This document shows, in pieces, positions 52,587 to 63,748 of a DNA stretch of 64,000 nt (its first letter is position 1; each line of letters starts with the position of its first letter). Below the pieces are notes generated by a model. That model saw only the letters and a list, made by a program, of their open reading frames with translations, did no database searches and was not told the DNA's origin. Source of the stretch: Spirochaetia bacterium (GTDB taxonomy: Bacteria; Spirochaetota; Spirochaetia; DSM-16054; Sediminispirochaetaceae); NCBI GenBank assembly GCA_034520965.1, contig JAXHMY010000003.1:416001-480000 (forward strand), written 5' to 3'. Position numbers and translations under genes: made by a program.

Positions 52587-54574
52587 ATGTTTAAGAAAAT
52601 GAAAATCGGAACCAAAATGATTACCCTGTTTGTAATACTGATTGTCTCAGTAGCAGCTGGTATCGGGATCACCGCTTTTTATCAAGCAAGTATTGCGCTG
52701 GAAAATCAGGTTGAAGAGACTATCACCGACAAATCCAACGAAGCGGCGGTATTGGTAAGAAGCGAGCTTGATCATTACCTCGAACTTGGAACCGAACTTG
52801 CACGACATCCGGACCTCATTCGCATGGAGCTTGACACACAAATGGAGGCCCTGCGGACGATGGAAGAACGGCTGGACTTTTTAGGTATGGGCGTAATTTA
52901 TCCCGACGGGACAGCCTATTACCCCGACGGAACCACCGCCGAACTTGCCGACCGGGGGTATTTCCAAAGAGGCGATGCAGGGCAGGGGTAACTTTTCTCG
53001 ATGTGCTTATTTCCCGCGTGACGAATTCCGCCGTTATGATTCTGGCAGTACCTATCACAGATAACGGCGACGATCCTGCTGCAGTGCTGCTGATACGCCT
53101 GGATGCCACCTGGCTTAGCGACATCACCGACAGAATAGGCTACGGCGATACAGGATATGCGTATATGATAGACGGCGAGGGTGTGCTGATTGCCCACGAC
53201 AACCGGGACTATATTCTTGATCAGCGTAATTTTATTGAGGAAGGAAGAACGAACTCAGATTTTGCGCGTCTTGCACAGATGCTGCAGAGAATGACCGAAG
53301 GAGAAGAGGGCTTCGACGAGTACAACTTTATGGGATCAGTGCGTTTTTTCGGGTACTCACCGATCGAACGGTCGGAGTGGTCGATTGCAGTCGGCGGCTT
53401 TCGTGATGATATATTCCAGCAGATATACGATATGCGAATGACTATGATAATCATTGCCTCGATATTCGTCATACTCGGCATAATTATACTGGCCTTTTTC
53501 ACACGCAGTATCACAAAGCCGATCCGCCAGGGAGTAAATTTTGCCGGTGAGGTAGCCGACGGGAATTTACAGGCCACCATCGAAGTAAAACATGACGATG
53601 AAATTGGAGAACTGGCCAAGGCCTTGCGTAAAATGATAAGCAACCTGAAACGGATGGTTGGCGATGTAATGTCGGCCTCAGCCCAGGTAAGCTCCGGCAG
53701 CCAGCAGATGAGCTCCACCGCGGAACAACTCTCGCAGGGTTCCACCGAACAGGCATCTTCCATAGAAGAAGTGTCCTCCTCGATGGAGGAGATGAGTTCA
53801 AATATTAGCCAAAATGCGGACAACGCCAGCGAGACCGAAAAAATTGCAATTCAATCGGCCCAGGATGCTGAGAAAAGCGGCAAAGCCGTGATGGAAGCGG
53901 TGGAAGCAATGAATAAGATCGCTGAACGTATTACCATCATTGAAGAGATCGCCCGTCAGACGAACATGCTCTCGCTAAATGCCTCTATCGAAGCGGCTCG
54001 GGCCGGCGAGCATGGAAAGGGCTTTGCGGTGGTAGCCTCCGAAGTTGGTAAGCTAGCCGCCCGTAGTAAAGATGCCGCCGGGGAAATCAGCGAACTGTCT
54101 TCATCGACCGTGAGTGTAGCGCAAAATGCGAAGGATATGTTGGAACAGTTGGTGCCGAATATCCGCAAAACCGCAGACCTTGTTCAAGAGATAAGTGCCG
54201 CCAGCCGGGAGCAGAGCAACGGGGCCGATCAAATAAACACAGCTATTACCCAGCTTGACCAGGTTATTCAGCAGAATGCATCCGCCTCTGAAGAAATGGC
54301 CTCCGTTGCCGAAGAGCTTACCGGTCAGGCCGAAGAGCTGCAGCAGACAATCAGCTTCTTTACTATAGAAACCAGTGAGGAAAATCGGGAAAAAGGCCAG
54401 AAAAGATTGCAGATAGACTCTGTTGTCGCTACAGGCAAAAAAAGAGGAACAACACAGCAGCATGCATCGCGAAGCAACCAGGAAGAAACCGGCATTACCC
54501 CCGCCCAGGCGGACAAAAAAGAACAGAACACTTCGGAGAACGGACTAGACTCCGAGGATTTTGAGCGCTTCTAA
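52587..54574 (+). CDS. MCP with Cache-type sensor and C-terminal pentapeptide, indel near 52970
   Basis: [36 protein letters not shown]; ends DFERF. Confidence 0.92.
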
Positions 54575-54591
54575 GCGGTGCCGGAGGCTCT

Positions 54592-55971
54592 ATGCGGATT
54601 TTAGTAGTAGACGACAGTTCATCATCGCGCCGACTCATCGCCGACATTCTTTCTCCACTACAAGCGGAGATAAGTGAAGCGGAGAACGGCCACGATGCCT
54701 TTGAAACAGTTCAGTCATCTCACTTTGATGCAGTAATCACCGATATAGACATGCCGGTGATGGACGGGGTCGAGCTCTGCAAACGGATAAAGGAAAAACC
54801 CGATTTACGGGGAATACCGATTATCATGGTCAGTAAGTTCGACTCCGATAAAGCCATCAACCGCGGCTTCGAAGCCGGTGCCTCGGAATACGTACCCAAG
54901 CCTCAAGTCCGCTTGCTGCTGCTCGAGCGTGTACAGCATATTCTGTCGGAGGCCTCGTTTTACCAAAATCAAACAATTCTAGTAGTAGACGACTCGTATA
55001 CTACCCTAAAGCTGATCTCCGGCCGGCTTTCTCGCTATGGATTCAAGGTCAAGACCGCACGCAACGGGGAAGAGGCGTTTAAGATTCTTGGCAAAACTGA
55101 AATCAACCTTGTGCTGAGCGATGTATTTATGCCGGTAATGGACGGGATAGAGTTTCTCCACGCCTTCAAGCAGACCGAATATCAAAAGCGCATACCGGTC
55201 ATTACCATGAGTACCAACAATGACCTACGCAGTATCCGTAAAATGCGGGAGATGGGCAGTGCGGCATATCTGATAAAACCGTTTAACATAGACTCTCTGG
55301 TGGTGCTCATAGAAAAACTCCTTTCCGACCAGTATCTACTTCTACTGCACGAAAAAGAGCAGCTTGAACAGGAGCAGAGGGCGATGCTTGACAACATAAC
55401 GAGCCTAATTACGGCGTTAGAAGCCCGGGACCTGTATACGAAGGGACATTCGGAGAATGTATCCAAGATTGCCGCCGGGATGGCGGAGATTGCAGGCAGC
55501 TCGGAAGAGGAAGTTGAGCAGGTCAAACGTGGGGCATTACTGCATGACATTGGCAAAATTGGCATAGCCGACTCCATTCTAAATAAACCTGGCCGTTTAA
55601 ACGATGATGAGTATGCCGAGATAAAGCGCCACCCGGAAATCGGCTATCGTATTCTCATGCCGCTATCGAGGCTGGAAGACGCCCACTCCATTGTACATTA
55701 CCACCACGAACGTTTCGACGGCAAAGGCTATCCCAGCGGAATAGCCGGAAAGGATATTCCCAAATGGGCTAGAATAGTTGCGGTAGCCGACACTTACGAT
55801 GCACTCAGCAACGAACGCTCATATAAACGCGCCTTTTCCCCGCACGAAGCATTTGATATTATAAATGAAGTAAAGGGCAGCCAATTATGTCCTGAAAGCG
55901 TAGCACTCTTTTTTGAGTATATGCAAAAGTGCGGAATTTTTCAGAAGGAGACCCTCAATGAGCACAAATAA
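54592..55971 (+). CDS. REC-REC-HD-GYP cyclic-dinucleotide phosphodiesterase
   Basis: Two receiver domains; HDIGK, HHERFDGKGYP, AVADTYDA. Confidence 0.92.
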   Translation: MRILVVDDSSSSRRLIADILSPLQAEISEAENGHDAFETVQSSHFDAVITDIDMPVMDGVELCKRIKEKPDLRGIPIIMVSKFDSDKAINRGFEAGASEYVPKPQVRLLLLERVQHILSEASFYQNQTILVVDDSYTTLKLISGRLSRYGFKVKTARNGEEAFKILGKTEINLVLSDVFMPVMDGIEFLHAFKQTEYQKRIPVITMSTNNDLRSIRKMREMGSAAYLIKPFNIDSLVVLIEKLLSDQYLLLLHEKEQLEQEQRAMLDNITSLITALEARDLYTKGHSENVSKIAAGMAEIAGSSEEEVEQVKRGALLHDIGKIGIADSILNKPGRLNDDEYAEIKRHPEIGYRILMPLSRLEDAHSIVHYHHERFDGKGYPSGIAGKDIPKWARIVAVADTYDALSNERSYKRAFSPHEAFDIINEVKGSQLCPESVALFFEYMQKCGIFQKETLNEHK

Positions 55972-56476
55972 TGTAGATACCACCAATCAATACCTCACCT
56001 TCAGCTTGAGCAATGAATTATACGCATTGGAAGTATCCAAGGTAAAAGAAGTACTTGAGTATCAACCTATCACCAGAGTTCCTAAAACCCCTGATTTTAT
56101 GCGTGGAGTTATAAATGTTCGAGGAGGAATTGTCCCAATAGTGGACCTCAGACTCAAATTTGACCTTCCTGCACAGGAACAAACTGTCGATACCTGTATT
56201 ATCGTACTGGAAATAGCCATTGAAAATGAAACTATTACTGTCGGAACTATCGCAGATAATGTGCACGAAGTTGTTGAAATACAACCGGAAGAAATAGAGC
56301 CAACCCCCAAAATTGGAACTCGTTTAGATACCGACTTCATCGAGGGGATTGGGAAGAATAATGACCGTTTTTTAGTAATTTTGAATATCGATAAGATACT
56401 CACATCAGAAGAGATAACTTCTATGGCGGACCAGGCCGCACAGGATACCAGCGGCTCGACTGAGAAGCAGGAGTAA
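55958..56476 (+). CDS. cheW: CheW
   Basis: YLTF.L, ITRVP, GVINVRG.IVPIVDLR. Confidence 0.95.
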   Translation: MSTNNVDTTNQYLTFSLSNELYALEVSKVKEVLEYQPITRVPKTPDFMRGVINVRGGIVPIVDLRLKFDLPAQEQTVDTCIIVLEIAIENETITVGTIADNVHEVVEIQPEEIEPTPKIGTRLDTDFIEGIGKNNDRFLVILNIDKILTSEEITSMADQAAQDTSGSTEKQE

Positions 56477-56483
56477 TAAGGGT

Positions 56484-57785
56484 ATGTCGGAAAAACTGAT
56501 AAAGACTTCAAGCGTCCTCATTATCGGACTGACGCTGCTTCTATACTCCACATTGTTTATATCAGAACCCTCCCTGCGGTTAATAATCGGTAGTGCTGCG
56601 GCGCTGGCTCTATCAGCTTTAGCCCTTTACCTGAACCACAGCTGGAAAAAACCGGCAGATCAGCCGATAGATACCACCACTTTAGGGGAGAGTTTACTCG
56701 TTACTGAACCATCGGCTGAACAATCAGCTGAACAGGCAGCTGAAACTTCAACCGAACCCGCTTCAGAGTCCTTACCTACAAGCGAAGCTGAACAGCATGA
56801 GACAAACGCCCATCAGCATATCGTGGAAGCACTCTTCGGTATGGCCAAAGTTGTTCCCATATTGAACGGACAACTCCAGGCGGTGATAGACTACACCGAA
56901 GAGGCGGCCATGGAGCTGTCACGCAGCTTCATCAGCATTAACCGTAAGGCAAAGGAGCAAGTTGATGATGTACGCCGGGTATTCGGTACGATGTCTCCCG
57001 GTGAGGATGACGGGAATAAAAAGAATGCCCTGGTCGACATCCGTGAGAACCTAAACTCACTCACTTCGGGTCTCGCCACCTTACTGGAGCAGATTAAGAA
57101 AAACAGTGAATCAATCAACAGTATTTTGTACCAGACCAAGTCAATTGAAGAGATCGTTGCCACTACCAACGAAATTACTGAAAACTCAAGGGTCCTTTCA
57201 ATCAATGCAACCATTGAGGCTGCCAGGGCCGGCGAACATGGCCGCGGTTTTGCCGTAGTTGCGGGCGAGTTCAAACAGATGACCGAAAGGTCTGAAAAAG
57301 CTACTGCAGAAATCGAGGAGACAGTCCGTATGATCTCCCAATTGATCGCGTCGGTTCAGACAGAAATTGAGGAGAGTAAGGATATCAGCCGCCGCTTAGG
57401 CGAAGAAACCAAAACCCATGGACGCAAGTCTTTAGATAAAATTGATGCAATGATGGATGGCGCAAAGCAGGACTTGCAAAAACTGAGTGAACAGGCAGAA
57501 TCCTTTGCCCAGGATATAAAATCAATCATAGTATCAATTCAATTTCAGGATATCACCCGTCAACGGATAGAACATGTGATAGAACCTCTCAAAGAGTTTG
57601 CCTCGGATATGGAGAAAATCGGAGAGTACCTGAACAACATCGATCGTACCGATTCAGCACAACAGCTAAGCAGTTTTGATTCAGCACTGGATCGTCTAAA
57701 ACAGAAATACACCATGGAAGCGGAAAAAGAGCTTCTAAAAAACAGCTTGACCAACAAGAATGAAACAGAAAAGGGGGAATCCTAA
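56484..57785 (+). CDS. Short chemoreceptor-like protein with a 2-TM hairpin and no periplasmic domain
   Basis: [34 protein letters not shown]. Confidence 0.85.
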   Translation: MSEKLIKTSSVLIIGLTLLLYSTLFISEPSLRLIIGSAAALALSALALYLNHSWKKPADQPIDTTTLGESLLVTEPSAEQSAEQAAETSTEPASESLPTSEAEQHETNAHQHIVEALFGMAKVVPILNGQLQAVIDYTEEAAMELSRSFISINRKAKEQVDDVRRVFGTMSPGEDDGNKKNALVDIRENLNSLTSGLATLLEQIKKNSESINSILYQTKSIEEIVATTNEITENSRVLSINATIEAARAGEHGRGFAVVAGEFKQMTERSEKATAEIEETVRMISQLIASVQTEIEESKDISRRLGEETKTHGRKSLDKIDAMMDGAKQDLQKLSEQAESFAQDIKSIIVSIQFQDITRQRIEHVIEPLKEFASDMEKIGEYLNNIDRTDSAQQLSSFDSALDRLKQKYTMEAEKELLKNSLTNKNETEKGES

Positions 57786-57786
57786 T

Positions 57787-58151
57787 ATGTCAAAAAAAAT
57801 ACTCATCGTTGACGATTCAAACTCTATGCGTCAGATGATCAGGTTTACACTCGAAGAAGAGGGATATCAGGTAGAAGAAGCGGTGAACGGCTTGAAGGGA
57901 ACTGAAAAACTGGACAGCTTTCATCCTGAGTTAATAATCACCGACATTCATATGCCAGAGATGAATGGAATTGAGTTTATATCACATACCCGTGAACACT
58001 CAAAATTCAAATTCACCCCCATTATTGTTCTTACTACGGAATCGGAAATGAACATGCAGGAAGAAGGTAAAAAAGCAGGAGCAACTGCCTGGCTGGTAAA
58101 GCCCTTCTCTCCGATTTACTGATTGAGACGGTAAAAAAGGTTGCCGGATAG
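57787..58151 (+). CDS. cheY: CheY, indel near 58112
   Basis: VDDS, TDIHMP, LTTES, GATAWLVKPF. Confidence 0.9.
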
Positions 58152-58168
58152 CAGTAAAGGAGACACAA

Positions 58169-58543
58169 ATGGATATTGAATTACAAAAGAATACGCAAGA
58201 GACTCGCCTTGTGTGCAGAGGAAATGCAACTGCAGAGGCCGCATCAGAGGTCCGTGATGTTCTACTTGAAGCCCTTCAGCTCGAACCTGCAGTAATGATT
58301 GATATAGCTGGAGTAAAAAAAGTTGATATCACCTTTCTGCAGCTGTTGGTCTCCGCCGAACGAACGGCCAAGGAGAATGACAAAAGTATTCAGATCGATC
58401 CATCTGCATACTGCGATGCGTTAATAAAGAGCGCTATGCGGGGCGGGTTCTACCGTGAAGCGGAGCATTTGGGTAGTTCTTCCACAAGTACAATCCTCGC
58501 CAACTATTATACACAGGTAATGCAGGGAGGGGACCGTGGCTGA
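58169..58543 (+). CDS. STAS-domain protein
   Basis: IDIAGVKKVDITFLQLL; typical position before cheA. Confidence 0.8.
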   Translation: MDIELQKNTQETRLVCRGNATAEAASEVRDVLLEALQLEPAVMIDIAGVKKVDITFLQLLVSAERTAKENDKSIQIDPSAYCDALIKSAMRGGFYREAEHLGSSSTSTILANYYTQVMQGGDRG

Positions 58544-60659
58544 TCAATCGGAATATTATCGGGAAGAAGCCCGAGAACTATTGGAACTCATTGAACAGAA
58601 ACTCATTGATTTAGAAAACCAGCCGGAAGATACCGAGCTGCTTCACGCCATTTTTCGGGCTTTTCATACTATTAAGGGTTCCGGAAGCATGTTCGGCTAC
58701 GATGAGGTAGCAGGATTCACCCATGAAATCGAAACCCTGTTTGACTACCTACGGGACAAGCGGATTTCCAGCAATAAGCAGATCATTGATATCGCATTGG
58801 CTGCCAAAGACCATATTTCGGACCTTATCTTTTCTTCTGAAACAATTGACCCTGCAGCCGGCGAGAGTATTCTCAAGAGCGTCCGAAGCTACCTTGCACC
58901 ACAGCGAAGTTCTTCGGAAAGAAGCAAAGAGTCTACAAAGCAGCCTGCCCCGCCGCCGGTTACTGAGTCTGTGGCGGAAAATGATGCTTTGGAAACAACC
59001 TTCCGGATCACCATCTCACCTCAACGGGAATTTTTCCTGCGCGGAGCAAAAGTACTTCCCCTGCTGCAGGAACTTGAAGCACTCGGAACACCGCTCATAT
59101 TTGCCCACACCGGTGAGATTCCAGCCCTTGAGCAAATAGACCCCGAACTCTGTTATACTAGCTGGACCATCCTTTTAACTACCACCAAAAACAGAAATGC
59201 GATTCAGGATATTTTTATCTTTGTCGAAGACTACTCCGAGCTGCACATCAACGTAATAGATGATGCTGCCCAGCTTGATATTACCTCTGAATATAAGAGA
59301 ATTGGAGAAATTCTGTACGAACAGGGGTATGTAGACCAGGAAACCGTCGAATCGATAATGAAGCAGAAGGAACGCTTCGGCGAAGTTGCAATGAAGCAGG
59401 GCGTTGTGTCGAAGGATGCTATTGATTCAGCCCTCGGCGAACAGCAGTATGTTCGCGAAGTACGGCGCCAAAGACAGCAGCTCCAGTCCGGTACTACCAT
59501 CAGGGTAAAGAGTGAAAAGCTTGACGATTTGGTCAATCTGGTTGGTGAGATTGTTACGCTTCAGGCACGTTTAGCACAGTATACCGAAAGTGCACGTGAC
59601 GGAGACAGGGTATCAGTGGCTGAACTTGAGAATGTGAGCGAGAATATGGACCGCCTGACCTCGGAACTGCGTGAAAATACTATGGATATCCGTATGATTC
59701 CACTGGCGGAGACCTTCAACAGTTTTCATCGACTTGTCCGGGATTTATCGGCCGAGCTTGGTAAGGAGGTAGAACTGGTAACCTCCGGAGCCGAGACGGA
59801 GCTTGATAAAAACATTATTGATGCACTAAATGATCCCCTGGTTCATATCATCCGCAACTCGATAGATCACGGTTTAGAAAGTTCAGAGGAGCGTCAAAAA
59901 GCCGGAAAAGCCGGCAGTGGAACGGTGAGTATCAGTGCGGAGCACTCCGGTGCAAATGTGCTTATCAGGATAAAGGACGATGGACAAGGCCTGAGTTCCG
60001 AGAAAATTAGAAAAAAGGCTGTTCAACGCGGAATTATTAGCAAAGACAGCAAACTTAGCGACAGAGAGCTCTATTCGCTTATCTTTTCTCCCGGTTTTTC
60101 TACCACCGAAACGGCCACCAGCGTTTCCGGCCGCGGGGTGGGAATGGACGTGGTAAAGCGGAATATTGAGCAGTTGCGTGGAAAAGTACATATCGATTCT
60201 CAGCCGAACCTCGGAACTACAATTACCCTCACTATTCCGCTCACCCTCTCTATCATCGACGGACTACTGGTTTCTATAGGTCTTGAGCGCTATGTTATCA
60301 ACCTTTCAGCGGTAGAAGAGTGTTTTGAGCTCACCCCGGACCTTTTTCCAAAGGGGCAGAGAAATGAGTATTTATCCATACGCGGTGAGATAGTCCCATA
60401 TATTGATCTCAGAGAGCTATTTGCTGTTCAGGCAGCCGTCCCCCAATTTCGTGAAATAACCGTAGTAAAAGCAGGCGAAAGTAAGGTCGCCTTAATCGTA
60501 GACTCAATTATTGGACAGCATCAGACGGTTATAAAACCGCTCAATGCCGCCCTCAACTTTATCCAGGAAGTTTCTGGTTCAACGATCCTTGGCGACGGTA
60601 CAATCGCCTTTATTCTTGATATAAATAAATTAACCGAAAAGATTTCGACCGGCGTCTAA
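58536..60659 (+). CDS. cheA: CheA
   Basis: FHTIKG, IRNSIDHG, SGRGVGMDVV, C-terminal CheW domain. Confidence 0.96.
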   Translation: MADQSEYYREEARELLELIEQKLIDLENQPEDTELLHAIFRAFHTIKGSGSMFGYDEVAGFTHEIETLFDYLRDKRISSNKQIIDIALAAKDHISDLIFSSETIDPAAGESILKSVRSYLAPQRSSSERSKESTKQPAPPPVTESVAENDALETTFRITISPQREFFLRGAKVLPLLQELEALGTPLIFAHTGEIPALEQIDPELCYTSWTILLTTTKNRNAIQDIFIFVEDYSELHINVIDDAAQLDITSEYKRIGEILYEQGYVDQETVESIMKQKERFGEVAMKQGVVSKDAIDSALGEQQYVREVRRQRQQLQSGTTIRVKSEKLDDLVNLVGEIVTLQARLAQYTESARDGDRVSVAELENVSENMDRLTSELRENTMDIRMIPLAETFNSFHRLVRDLSAELGKEVELVTSGAETELDKNIIDALNDPLVHIIRNSIDHGLESSEERQKAGKAGSGTVSISAEHSGANVLIRIKDDGQGLSSEKIRKKAVQRGIISKDSKLSDRELYSLIFSPGFSTTETATSVSGRGVGMDVVKRNIEQLRGKVHIDSQPNLGTTITLTIPLTLSIIDGLLVSIGLERYVINLSAVEECFELTPDLFPKGQRNEYLSIRGEIVPYIDLRELFAVQAAVPQFREITVVKAGESKVALIVDSIIGQHQTVIKPLNAALNFIQEVSGSTILGDGTIAFILDINKLTEKISTGV

Positions 60660-60701
60660 GGCATCTCAGCCGACGGCAAGTCTGTTGGAAGGAAAGGACA
60701 A

Positions 60702-61826
60702 ATGCAAGCAATTCAGGTGATGGTAGTCGACGACTCTGCTCTAGTCAGAGAGACTTTAGGTGATATCTTAAAAAGCGATCCCGATATAGAGCTATTTGCT
60801 ACTGCGCCCGACCCTATTATGGCAATGCGAAAGATGGAAATAGAGCGACCCGATGTGATAATCCTTGATATTGAAATGCCGAGGATGGACGGACTAACCT
60901 TCCTGAGCCGCTTGATGTCCGAAAATCCGCTTCCGGTTATCATCTGTTCCAGTAAATCGGAGTCCGGTTCCTCTAATGCCCTTAAAGCAATGGAATACGG
61001 GGCAGTGGATATTATCCAAAAACCAAAAATTGGAACCAAGCAGTTTTTTGAAGAATCCAAGGTAACTATCTCCGATGCGGTAAAAGCGGCTGCCCAAGCG
61101 CGTATTAAATCGGTGAACAGACGAACTCCCACAGCCCCTTCACCCTCCATCGATAGTCAGATAGAAACGAGGCCCAGCGAGAGTACCGGTCGCTTCACCA
61201 AAAACACCGCCGATGTAATTATGCCCGCCGCAACCGGGAATTACACAATAGAAACAACCGAGAAAGTAGTTGTTGTTGGAGCATCAACCGGCGGCACCGA
61301 AGCCCTGAAGGTTTTTCTAGAGATGATGCCTATTAACGCACCTCCGATTGTCATTGTGCAGCACATGCCCGAGAAGTTTACCACCGCCTTTGCGAAGCGC
61401 CTCGACGGGTATTGCGCGATCCATGTAAAGGAGGCGGCCAACAACGATTCGGTACTCCGGGGGCAAGCATTGATCGCCCCTGGCAACCAGCACACTCTGC
61501 TGAAACGCAGCGGAGCACGCTATTACACCGAGGTAAAAGAGGGGCCGCTGGTCTCTCGCCACCGCCCTTCGGTGGATGTACTGTTCAGGTCCGCATCCCG
61601 CTATGGAGGCAAAAACGTGATTGCAGTGCTAATGACCGGAATGGGAGACGACGGTGCATCCGGAATGCTGGAGCTAAAACAGGCCGGAGCTTATACTATT
61701 GCCCAAGACGAAAAATCCTGCATAGTCTTCGGTATGCCCAAGGAGGCTATTAAGCGCGGAGGTGTCGATCAGGTCTTATCTCTGGAACAAATTGCAGAGA
61801 ATGTGATAAAACAAGCCGTAAGCTAA
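60702..61826 (+). CDS. cheB: CheB methylesterase
   Basis: REC plus GASTGG, QHMP, HRPSVD, TGMGDDG. Confidence 0.96.
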   Translation: MQAIQVMVVDDSALVRETLGDILKSDPDIELFATAPDPIMAMRKMEIERPDVIILDIEMPRMDGLTFLSRLMSENPLPVIICSSKSESGSSNALKAMEYGAVDIIQKPKIGTKQFFEESKVTISDAVKAAAQARIKSVNRRTPTAPSPSIDSQIETRPSESTGRFTKNTADVIMPAATGNYTIETTEKVVVVGASTGGTEALKVFLEMMPINAPPIVIVQHMPEKFTTAFAKRLDGYCAIHVKEAANNDSVLRGQALIAPGNQHTLLKRSGARYYTEVKEGPLVSRHRPSVDVLFRSASRYGGKNVIAVLMTGMGDDGASGMLELKQAGAYTIAQDEKSCIVFGMPKEAIKRGGVDQVLSLEQIAENVIKQAVS

Positions 61827-61907
61827 ATTTCCCAAAAGTCAGCATATTGCGATACTTTTGCAGCAGCTCTTGAAGTCCGGGAGTATATATTTCATACTTA
61901 TCCGGAT

Positions 61908-63392
61908 ATGAGCAAAAAGGGTATCCTAGAACCAGAGTACGATATACTTATCATCGGTGCCGGTGTAATCGGCACTGCTATTGCCCGCGAACTCTCCCGC
62001 TTTCAGCTCAGAATAGCTTTGCTGGAAAAAGAGGCTGATGTAGCCGAAGGAATAAGTAAAGCAAACAGCGGAGTGATGCACGCAGGCTTCAATGTAAAAC
62101 CCGACAGCCTGAAGGCGCGCTTTAATATAGCCGGCTTGCAGATGTTTCCTCAGCTGTGCAGCGAACTTGGGGTAGAATTTAAGCGCTGCACCAAGTTGGT
62201 AGTGGCTAAGGACGATCAGGAACACGCGTATCTGCAAAAACTCCTTGAACAGGGCCGGCGGAACGGGAGTACCGGGCTTTCCTTAATTAATTCCACACAG
62301 ATCAAACGTTTAGCCCCCGGCATCAGTGGTCGCTCTGCTCTTTATTCTCAATCTACCGGTATTATAAACCCATATCAATTCACCATAGCATTAGCAGAAA
62401 ACGCACAGCAAAACAACACTGAAATTTTCCTGAACCATACCGTGCAAGCTGTGCAGGCCGCCCAAAATACAGCTTTTACTGTCACCACAGATCAGCGACA
62501 GTTTAGCGCTCGAATAGTAATTAATGCCGCAGGTACACACTCCGACGAAGTGGCCCGAATGGCCGATCCCGACTTTCCCCTTACCATCTACCCGTGTCGG
62601 GGAGAATATCACATTCTCGACAAGCAGCACTCGGAACTGCTCGACTTGGCTGTATACCCGGTCCCGCCCCGGGACGGCAGCGGTTTAGGAGTACATCTTA
62701 CTCCGACTATTAATGGAAATATACTAATTGGACCTTCCACCGAGTACATTGAAGGCCGGGAGGATATAGCGACCACCGGGGATACCATGCAGCTGCTGCT
62801 AAAAGAGGCATTCGAGCTGCTGCCGGCCCTCCGGGGGGCCCAAGTTATCCGCAGTTACTCCGGGATTCGGCCAAAACTTTTCCATCCCTCTTCAGGGCGC
62901 AGCTTCGCCGATTTTCATATTGGGGAATCATCTTCGGTTCCCGGTTTTATAAATCTTGTGGGTATTGAATCCCCAGGGCTTACCAGTGCTCCGGCAATTG
63001 CGAGCTACATAAAAGACAACTTTATCGCCGCCTATTTTAAGCTTCGGCCTTATGAAAATTTCACAGTCCACAGACCTGCACCCCTTCGCAGAGAATTTCT
63101 TTCCCCGCCAGAACGCCGTAAATTGGCCCAACAGGACCATGATTTTGCCGAGATCATCTGCCGCTGCGAAGGAATTAGCCGTGGCGAAGTACTAAGAGCT
63201 ATAGAAAATCCTTTGGGAGTGCGTACTTTGAACGGAATTAAAAAGAGAACCCACTCTATGATGGGTCGCTGCCAAGGCGGCTTCTGTCTGGCGAGAATAG
63301 CAGAAATCCTGCAGGAAGAGTACGGAATTGCTCCCGATGAAATTCGCCAAAACGGACCAGCGAGCACTCTCTGTTCGGCGGGACGACTGTAA
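61908..63392 (+). CDS. FAD-dependent oxidoreductase with BFD-like [2Fe-2S] domain (GlpA/LhgO-like)
   Basis: GAGVIG, SKANSG..HAG, SPGLTSAPAI, CRCE...GRCQGGFC. Confidence 0.85.
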   Translation: MSKKGILEPEYDILIIGAGVIGTAIARELSRFQLRIALLEKEADVAEGISKANSGVMHAGFNVKPDSLKARFNIAGLQMFPQLCSELGVEFKRCTKLVVAKDDQEHAYLQKLLEQGRRNGSTGLSLINSTQIKRLAPGISGRSALYSQSTGIINPYQFTIALAENAQQNNTEIFLNHTVQAVQAAQNTAFTVTTDQRQFSARIVINAAGTHSDEVARMADPDFPLTIYPCRGEYHILDKQHSELLDLAVYPVPPRDGSGLGVHLTPTINGNILIGPSTEYIEGREDIATTGDTMQLLLKEAFELLPALRGAQVIRSYSGIRPKLFHPSSGRSFADFHIGESSSVPGFINLVGIESPGLTSAPAIASYIKDNFIAAYFKLRPYENFTVHRPAPLRREFLSPPERRKLAQQDHDFAEIICRCEGISRGEVLRAIENPLGVRTLNGIKKRTHSMMGRCQGGFCLARIAEILQEEYGIAPDEIRQNGPASTLCSAGRL

Positions 63393-63457
63393 AAATTCAC
63401 AAAAGACCCATCAAAGCTGTTGACATTTTCCCGTACATTACTATAGTTATTACCATT

Positions 63458-63748
63458 ATGGATACAAGGGAACTTTATACAACAGCATCCCTGGCTCAGC
63501 TCTCGCTCTCAGATGCGGAAGCTGAAACGTTGAGCCGCGAAATTTCACGTATGCTCGAGCACTTTGCACGCATGCGGGAAATAGACGTTGACTCACTCGA
63601 ACCCACCACCCACACCTTTTCAAAGGTGAACCGATTGCGCACAGATGCAAAGGAGAATGGGGAGCGTTTGTCACACATGACAGATTCTCTCCTTCATAAT
63701 GCTCCTGAACTCGAAGATCGGTTCATCGTAATTCCCAACGTGCTGTAA
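63458..63748 (+). CDS. gatC: Asp/Glu-tRNA amidotransferase subunit C
   Basis: ASLAQL, LEPT, LR.D, NAP...FIVIPNV. Confidence 0.88.
   Translation: MDTRELYTTASLAQLSLSDAEAETLSREISRMLEHFARMREIDVDSLEPTTHTFSKVNRLRTDAKENGERLSHMTDSLLHNAPELEDRFIVIPNVL

Noticed and set aside
56711..56746. Tandem GCTGAA(C/A) repeats
   Set aside because: They encode SAEQ/AAE linker repeats and are not an independent DNA element.
61908..63392. Calling the oxidoreductase glpA
   Set aside because: No glpK or usual partner subunits are adjacent, so the substrate cannot be assigned.
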